Shown one piece after another: positions 57,828-64,000 of a stretch of 64,000 bases of DNA. The translations under genes and the position numbers were made by a program. How positions within the stretch are numbered: the stretch's first letter is position 1; each line of letters opens with the position of its first letter. This stretch comes from Myxococcota bacterium (GTDB taxonomy: Bacteria; Myxococcota_A; UBA9160; PR03). A model generated the notes under the pieces. That model did not search any database, had not been told where the DNA came from, and saw only the letters and a list, made by a program, of their open reading frames with translations. The DNA lies in assembly GCA_041611735.1 (NCBI GenBank), contig JBFIML010000017.1, positions 386 to 64,385 of the forward strand. The letters are read 5' to 3'.

Positions 57828-59413
57828 CGAGAGCCGCCACCGCCATCGACCCCTTTGGTCCCACGGCCAACCCGAGCCTCTACGTGCCGCGCCCGTCTAC
57901 CCGCGAGGCCCTGGCGCGGGTTCGCGAGTTCGTGGATGCAGGCCGGCGCCCCGTGGCCCTGGTCGGTCCGCCGGGTATCGGCAAGACGATGCTGCTGCGC
58001 GTGCTCACCTTGCAGCTCGAGGATCGCTACCGGATGGTCTTCGTGCCGCACCCGACGCTTTCCACCTCGGATCTGTGCGCCTGGGCCCTGAGCCTGCTGG
58101 GCGAGGTGCCGAGCGCCGACCCGGAGCGGGCTCTCGTGCGCCGGGCGCTCCAGGAGCAACGAGACGGCTCGGCCCTGCTGCTGGTGGTGGACGACGCGGA
58201 CACCATGCCAATCAACACGGCGCGGCGCCTCGGCGAGCTGACGCGTGGCTCGGAGGGAGCGCTGCGGCTCCTGGTGAGCGCCGCCGACGACGTCCGGGCC
58301 GGCCGCTTCCTGCAGGCGCTCGATCCCGACGGCCACGGCGACGAGGTCCGGCTGACCGAGCCGATGAACGAGCAGGAGACGGCGCAGTACGTGCGAAGCC
58401 GGCTGGAGGCGACCAAGGCGCCGCCGGCGGTGCGGGGGCGCTTCGACGCCGGGAGCCTGGCCCGGCTCCACCGCGCCTCGGGAGGCAACCCGCGGCGCCT
58501 GCACGAAGTGGCGTCGCAGATCCTGGAGGCCGAGTTCGAGGAGCCGATCGAAGCGGTCTCGCACGCGCAGCCAGCCCTGCGCGTGGTGCGGCCGGGAGCC
58601 GGCGCGGAGAGCATCGAGGAGGCGGTGCCTGCGCCCGAGGCCCCGGAGCCCTGGACGGCGTCCCCCCCGGATCCCCTGGCCGATCCGTTGCCGCCCGTGG
58701 ACGCGCCGTCTGCCGCCGGGCCGACGCCGCCCGAGGCAGCCATCACGCCTGCACCCATGGCCCGGGCCGAGGGTCCACAGGCCAAAGCGGCGCCTCCGGC
58801 CCCTCCGACGGATCCGGGCGGGGAGAGCCTGGTGCTGAGCGGCCCGCGCTTCCAGCCGGCCGGGGTGCGCTTCATCCCGCCCGCGCGGGGTGCGCGTCGC
58901 CCGATCCGGCGCAGCGCGCCGCCGGGTCTGCTCGTGCCCCTCGGCGTCGCCGCCCTGGTGGCCGTCGCGGCCGTCGTCATCCCGCTCCTGACCCCCCGCA
59001 TCGTGCGCGAGATGACCCCACGTCCGGAGCGGCCTGCCACCACGCCCCTCGTCGTCGAGGAGGGCAGAGCGGGCGGGCCCATCGCCTCGTTGCCGCCGCG
59101 CGAGCGACTCTTGGACGAGCCGCGCGATGCGCCGCTCGGTGCGGCCGGGCCGGGCGCGGTCACGGGCCCCTCGAGCGGCGAGCTCTCCCTGGCAGAGGAC
59201 GCGGCTGCGCCCATCGAGCCGGTGGCCGTGAGCGTGAACGCCGTGCCCTGGGCGGAGATCGAGGTGGACGGCATCGTGGTGGGCGTGACCCCGCTGGCGA
59301 ACCTCCCCCTGGTCCCGGGTCCCCACGTGGTCCGCGCCCGCATGCCCGACGGCCGCACCCTGGAGCGACGCGTGGAGATCGGCCCGGAGACGCGGCATCT
59401 GAGCTTCGAGTAG
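57824..59413 (+). CDS. ExeA/GspA-like ATPase with TM helix and C-terminal PEGA-like domain
   Basis: DPFGPT, GPPGIGKT, LLVVDDA, ET.QYV..RL, SGGNPR; TM; NAVPWAEIEVDG..VGVTP..L.PG.H. Confidence 0.82.
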   Translation: MTRAATAIDPFGPTANPSLYVPRPSTREALARVREFVDAGRRPVALVGPPGIGKTMLLRVLTLQLEDRYRMVFVPHPTLSTSDLCAWALSLLGEVPSADPERALVRRALQEQRDGSALLLVVDDADTMPINTARRLGELTRGSEGALRLLVSAADDVRAGRFLQALDPDGHGDEVRLTEPMNEQETAQYVRSRLEATKAPPAVRGRFDAGSLARLHRASGGNPRRLHEVASQILEAEFEEPIEAVSHAQPALRVVRPGAGAESIEEAVPAPEAPEPWTASPPDPLADPLPPVDAPSAAGPTPPEAAITPAPMARAEGPQAKAAPPAPPTDPGGESLVLSGPRFQPAGVRFIPPARGARRPIRRSAPPGLLVPLGVAALVAVAAVVIPLLTPRIVREMTPRPERPATTPLVVEEGRAGGPIASLPPRERLLDEPRDAPLGAAGPGAVTGPSSGELSLAEDAAAPIEPVAVSVNAVPWAEIEVDGIVVGVTPLANLPLVPGPHVVRARMPDGRTLERRVEIGPETRHLSFE

Positions 59414-59458
59414 CCGCCGGTCGACAGGCGCCCTCGCGAGGGCTATTCAGGTCCCAGT

Positions 59459-59535
59459 CGGGCCGTAGCGCAGCTTGGTAGCGCGCCTGAATGGGGTTCA
59501 GGAGGTCGCGAGTTCAAATCTCGCCGGCCCGACCA
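59459..59535 (+). tRNA. tRNA-Pro(GGG)
   Basis: Acceptor CGGGCCG/CGGCCCG, anticodon arm CCTGA-ATGGGGT-TCAGG, GTTCAAATC, encoded CCA. Confidence 0.96.
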
Positions 59536-59556
59536 GTGATTCCAGCCGGTTGCGGG

Positions 59557-59898
59557 AGCTGGGCGTGGCCGAAGCCGGTCCAGCAGCCGCGTCCGCCGGT
59601 GCTGATCGGCGGCGTGGCCGGACCCACGCTCTTCGCGCACATTGTCGAGTACGCCGACGGCTGGATGCCGATCGGCGGCGCCCGCCTGAAGAAGGACCTG
59701 CCGCGCCTGCGCCAGGCCTTCGAGGAGCGCGACCGCGACCCCGACGAGCTGCTCGTGGCCCCGACCTTCGTCGCGCCCGACCCGGGCAAGCTCGACTACT
59801 ACCGGGAGCTCGGCGTCACCGAGTGCGTGCTACCGCTCCCGGCCGAGCCGCGCGACGCGGTGCTCCCGATCCTCGATTCCTACGCGCGCTTCCTGTAG
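59557..59898 (+). pseudogene. 5'-truncated luciferase-like (LLM/F420-type) oxidoreductase remnant
   Basis: WPKPVQQPRPPVLIGG and YADGWMP are mid-protein LLM motifs; N-terminal half missing, tRNA immediately upstream. Confidence 0.75.
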
Positions 59899-59981
59899 CG
59901 CGCTGACCGCGCGACACGCGGACCGGTGCGGGCGCCGGGACGTGCGTCCCGGCGCCCTGGAATCGGAGAAGGCTGCTGGTC

Positions 59982-60308
59982 CTACTTTCGAGGCTTGGCG
60001 CGCGGCCGCGGCTTGCCGCGAGCCACGCGAAGCTCGGAATCGGTGGATTCCGTCCAGACACAGCTCGAGTCGAAGCCGTCCGGGTTCGACAGGCAGGGCC
60101 CGGCGTTCCGGTCCAAGAGCTTCGACTCCCCGAGGAGGCCCGTGCCGAGATCGGCGACGCCCCCGTCGCCGCGCACTTCGAAGACGAGCGCGGCTCCGCC
60201 GACTGCGACTGCGTCTTCGGGGAGATCCACATGCGCGGAGGCCGAGTCCACCACCAGCAGAATGGCCGCACAGGCCAGCACCACGTACGTAGTCGATCGC
60301 ACCGTCAC
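59982..60308 (-). CDS. small exported hypothetical protein (108 aa)
   Basis: GGAGG SD before GTG, signal peptide ending ASA, Cys pair, basic tail. Confidence 0.55.
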   Translation of the reverse strand: MTVRSTTYVVLACAAILLVVDSASAHVDLPEDAVAVGGAALVFEVRGDGGVADLGTGLLGESKLLDRNAGPCLSNPDGFDSSCVWTESTDSELRVARGKPRPRAKPRK

Positions 60309-60484
60309 ACCCTCCGCCGGTCCCACCACGGGCGGGAACGGCGATTCCGCCAACCGCCCGGCGTTCCGGGTCGGTCGCGTCTCGCGGGCGAGGTTGCGGG
60401 GGCGGCCGGAGCGCCCGCGCCGGGCCGCCCGATCCGGGCTGCGCGCCCCTTGCACGAAGCTTCGGGGGTGCCCGGACGGCCGCG

Positions 60485-60514
60485 ACTATGCAGCGTCTCG
60501 TTCTCCGCTGTCAA
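60485..60514 (-). promoter_or_regulatory. sigma70-type promoter
   Basis: TTGACA-N18-CATAGT pointing towards the 108-aa ORF. Confidence 0.6.
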
Positions 60515-60757
60515 TCACCCGGATGGGGGGTTGCGCCGGGGGCTACGCCTTCCGGAGCGCGCCGCACCTTGCCGCCCGGGGGGGGGCCGCTCGAAGCGCG
60601 ACTCGCGGACCGGGTCGGCGACCTGGAGGCTGTAGGAATCGTAGTAGCGCTCGCGACCGAGCCGCTGCGCCTCGCGATGCTCGGGGTGCTCGCGCCAGGC
60701 GCGCAGGTGCTCGTGCGATTCGAACTCGATGATGCTGCAGCGCTTGCCGTCCTCGCC
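60515..60757 (-). pseudogene. 5'-truncated antibiotic-biosynthesis-monooxygenase (ABM) family remnant
   Basis: EFESHEHLRAWREHPEHREAQRLGRERYYDSYSLQV is the C-terminal half of ABM proteins; upstream in-frame sequence is unrelated. Confidence 0.7.
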
Positions 60758-60939
60758 TACGGTACCGCCCAGCCCGATATCCCCCAGGGAGTTGTCACTT
60801 CGGGCCTTATCGGACCTCGAGAGCCCGCTTGTTCGACCCAGCCGCCCCGTCCTGCCGCGGAGTGCGGGCGGCACCCTACCACGGAAGACCCGGCGCAGCC
60901 GAGGCCCCGAACGGGCTGTCCTCGACGCGCCGGTCGGCG

Positions 60940-61614
60940 TCAGCGGCCGTCGAGCCGCCCGGCGTCCTGGGCCAGGAAGCCCGCGAGCAGCCGCCCGGCC
61001 GTGGCGTAGAGCGGCTCCGGCGCGTCGCTCGCGAGCCGCGCGGCGAAGGCCGGAATCCAGCGTGCCAGGTGGTCGCGCACGAAGCTGCGGGCCGCGTCCC
61101 GGCAGATCCCCGCGGCCTCGGCGCCCGCTCCGTCCCGGAGCGCCAGGCCCTCCTTCACGGCGAGCAGGTGCATGAACTCGAGCTCGGCGCTGACGTGATC
61201 CAAGCGCTCGCTGCCCGGCGCCACCTCCACCCCGAAGGCCCGATAGAAGCCTGCGATGTCCGCAAGCTCGTAGGTGCGCGTGGGGACCGCCTCGGGGTCC
61301 TCGGTGGTGTAGGAGGTCTCGTGGGGCGGACAGCGCAGGCCACCGCTCGCCTCGAAGGTGCGCTCGTACTGGCTGCGCAGCACCTCGGGCTCGGCACGTT
61401 CGAGCAGCGCCGAGAGCTCCGCCGCGGCGCGCGTCAGCGGCTCTCCGGCGCCGAGACGGGTGAGGGCCCGGCGCAGCTCGGGCAGCTCACGGCCGCGGAG
61501 CGCGGTGAGCGTGGCGGCGTCGGGAGCCCCGAACAGGCGGGCGAGACCACGGTAGACGCGCGCGCGGTCCAGGTGCGGGTCGAGCTCCGGGCCCGCGCTC
61601 TCAGCGCCCGGCAT
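60940..61614 (-). CDS. TorD/DmsD-family molybdoenzyme maturation chaperone
   Basis: PPHETSY, LADIAGFYRAFG, ERLDHVSAELEFM, HLARW. Confidence 0.9.
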   Translation of the reverse strand: MPGAESAGPELDPHLDRARVYRGLARLFGAPDAATLTALRGRELPELRRALTRLGAGEPLTRAAAELSALLERAEPEVLRSQYERTFEASGGLRCPPHETSYTTEDPEAVPTRTYELADIAGFYRAFGVEVAPGSERLDHVSAELEFMHLLAVKEGLALRDGAGAEAAGICRDAARSFVRDHLARWIPAFAARLASDAPEPLYATAGRLLAGFLAQDAGRLDGR

Positions 61615-62425
61615 CCGCCTTCACCGTGGTGCCGAGGGCGAGCGGCACCCAGTTGAGGGTCACCGACTTGCGGCCGTTCACCTCGCCGCGCGAGCCATCC
61701 CAGACCGCCACGATCAGCTGCGCGGTCTCCCCCGGCTTGAAGGCAGGATCCTCGGGATCCCCCGTGGAGAGGCGACGCCGCAGCACGACCGCCCAGCGGC
61801 CGTTGCGGTGCTCGCTCGCGGCGAGCACGTTGCGCCCGGCGCGCCGGGTCAGGGTCCCGAATCCGGTCGCGACGAACTCGACCACCGGCTCGGTGCCCCG
61901 CCAGGCGCGCACCTCGCGCTGCACCGCGGCGTCCTGGGGGAAGTACCAGACCCCCTCCGTGTGGGGATAGCGGGCGGCGAAGCCGCCCTGGCCGCGCGCC
62001 TGGGCCTCCAGGTCCGCCGTCCACTGCCAGATCGAGACCGGGTGATCGGGATCCCCCATGAAGGGCGAGGGGGGCGGCTCGGGCTCCGAGACGGGAAAGC
62101 CCACCGCCGCCGCGTCCCGGAAGGTGTCCACGCCCACCTCCCGGTCCGCGGTCGCGTCCGCCCACTCGAGGCGGATCGCCAGCCACTCCCCGTCGTGCAT
62201 GGCACGCAGGGTGAGCTCCGTCACCGCGCCGCCGCCGTTGGGGGGAACGATGATCTGGGGCGTCAGCGTGAGCGAGGCTGCGGGCGTCGACTTCCAGTCC
62301 GCGGCCTCCGGCCGGCCCGGCACTCCCGCGTGGTGGTAGACCGCCTCGACCCGCGGGACCTGCTGGGCCGGGGCCGCGCCCGCCCACAGCACCAGGCCCG
62401 CCAGCGCGATGCTGCCCGCTCTCAT
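61601..62425 (-). CDS. periplasmic heme-b gamma subunit (EbdC/NxrC-like) of a type II DMSO-reductase-family enzyme
   Basis: Sec signal, LEWAD, FRDAAAVGFP, FMGD, IWQW, AVWDG..E..GRKS (Met/Lys heme ligands). Confidence 0.88.
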   Translation of the reverse strand: MRAGSIALAGLVLWAGAAPAQQVPRVEAVYHHAGVPGRPEAADWKSTPAASLTLTPQIIVPPNGGGAVTELTLRAMHDGEWLAIRLEWADATADREVGVDTFRDAAAVGFPVSEPEPPPSPFMGDPDHPVSIWQWTADLEAQARGQGGFAARYPHTEGVWYFPQDAAVQREVRAWRGTEPVVEFVATGFGTLTRRAGRNVLAASEHRNGRWAVVLRRRLSTGDPEDPAFKPGETAQLIVAVWDGSRGEVNGRKSVTLNWVPLALGTTVKADAGR

Positions 62426-62450
62426 GCTCTCCCTCCTCGTCCGGTGCCCA

Positions 62451-63590
<1,140 letters not shown>

Positions 63591-63593
63591 GGC

Positions 63594-64000
63594 TCAGCTC
63601 CTCTCGACCTTGACGAAGCCGCCACCGAGGTAGCGTTTCATCGCGTCGCTCTCCTGGGTGGGGCGCACGCCGAGGGTCACGGGACGCCAGGGGCCCTTGC
63701 CGTCCCGCCCGCCCGCCTCGGCCCGCGTGATCTTCACGAAGGACTCGCGCGGCGCTCCGTTCGCGCAGTGGACGTCGGGGCAAAAGCCCTGCTCGATCTG
63801 CTGCCCCATCAGGTTCTTGCGGGTCAGCGTGTCCGTGAGCAGCGTCGGGCGCAGCCACGAGCGTGTCCCGCTCTGGTGGCTGCCGTAGCGGTACATGGAC
63901 TGGTACCCGGTCTCGGGGCTGCGGGCCAGGCCGTCCCGCCGCTCTTCGTGGCCCCGCACGCTGCCGAAGGAGGCGCCCGAGAAGTGGAAGAACGTGCGCG
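63594..64000 (-). CDS. molybdopterin alpha subunit, NxrA-like, C-terminal part (5' end outside window)
   Basis: GSV.GHE.R.DGLA..P.TGYQSM.R.GSHQS.TR.WL.PT..TD.L.RK, GF.PDVHC..GAPRE; precedes beta and gamma genes. Confidence 0.88.
   Translation of the reverse strand, partial: RTFFHFSGASFGSVRGHEERRDGLARSPETGYQSMYRYGSHQSGTRSWLRPTLLTDTLTRKNLMGQQIEQGFCPDVHCANGAPRESFVKITRAEAGGRDGKGPWRPVTLGVRPTQESDAMKRYLGGGFVKVERS

Noticed and set aside
59536-60800. Intact integrative element or prophage at tRNA-Pro; IHF-like words at 59540 and 60782
   Set aside because: No integrase, phage genes or att duplication in the window; the IHF-like matches are too weak

Overview
Very GC-rich bacterial chromosome segment, most likely from a Myxococcota/deltaproteobacterial lineage. 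This is inferred from the gene order, the MglA, DUF4388 and PEGA proteins and the ATC-started infC. Most of it is core genome on the + strand: ftsH-folP-cdaA-cdaR-glmM-pdxJ-acpS-nnr-tsaE-lysC; iscS-mnmA-rnc and era; a branched-chain acyl-CoA/B12-mutase cluster (thiolase, hbd, HMG-CoA lyase, carboxyltransferase, MerR, icmF, mcm, meaB); mglA-like, ribBA, MoxR/VWA; miaB; guaB-guaA-dnaE; tRNA-Val-thrS-infC-rpmI-rplT-pheS-pheT-ihfA-merR; and tRNA-Pro. Five things stand out. (1) An unannotated ~194-nt minus-strand structured RNA (35252-35445) with its own sigma70 promoter and intrinsic terminator. (2) The 3' part of a periplasmic Nitrospira/anammox-type NXR-like molybdoenzyme operon at the right edge, next to a gene-fragment scar behind tRNA-Pro. 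(3) A three-gene signalling operon upstream of guaBA built largely from degenerate domains (I-site-only GGDEF, pseudo-receiver-DUF4388-pseudo-GTPase, atypical cNMP-binding). (4) Adjacent full-length pdxJ and acpS homologues lacking catalytic residues. (5) A TPR / VWA-lipoprotein / ExeA-PEGA envelope trio. No CRISPR array, rRNA, integrase or transposase was seen. All calls come from reading motifs by eye, with no database searches.
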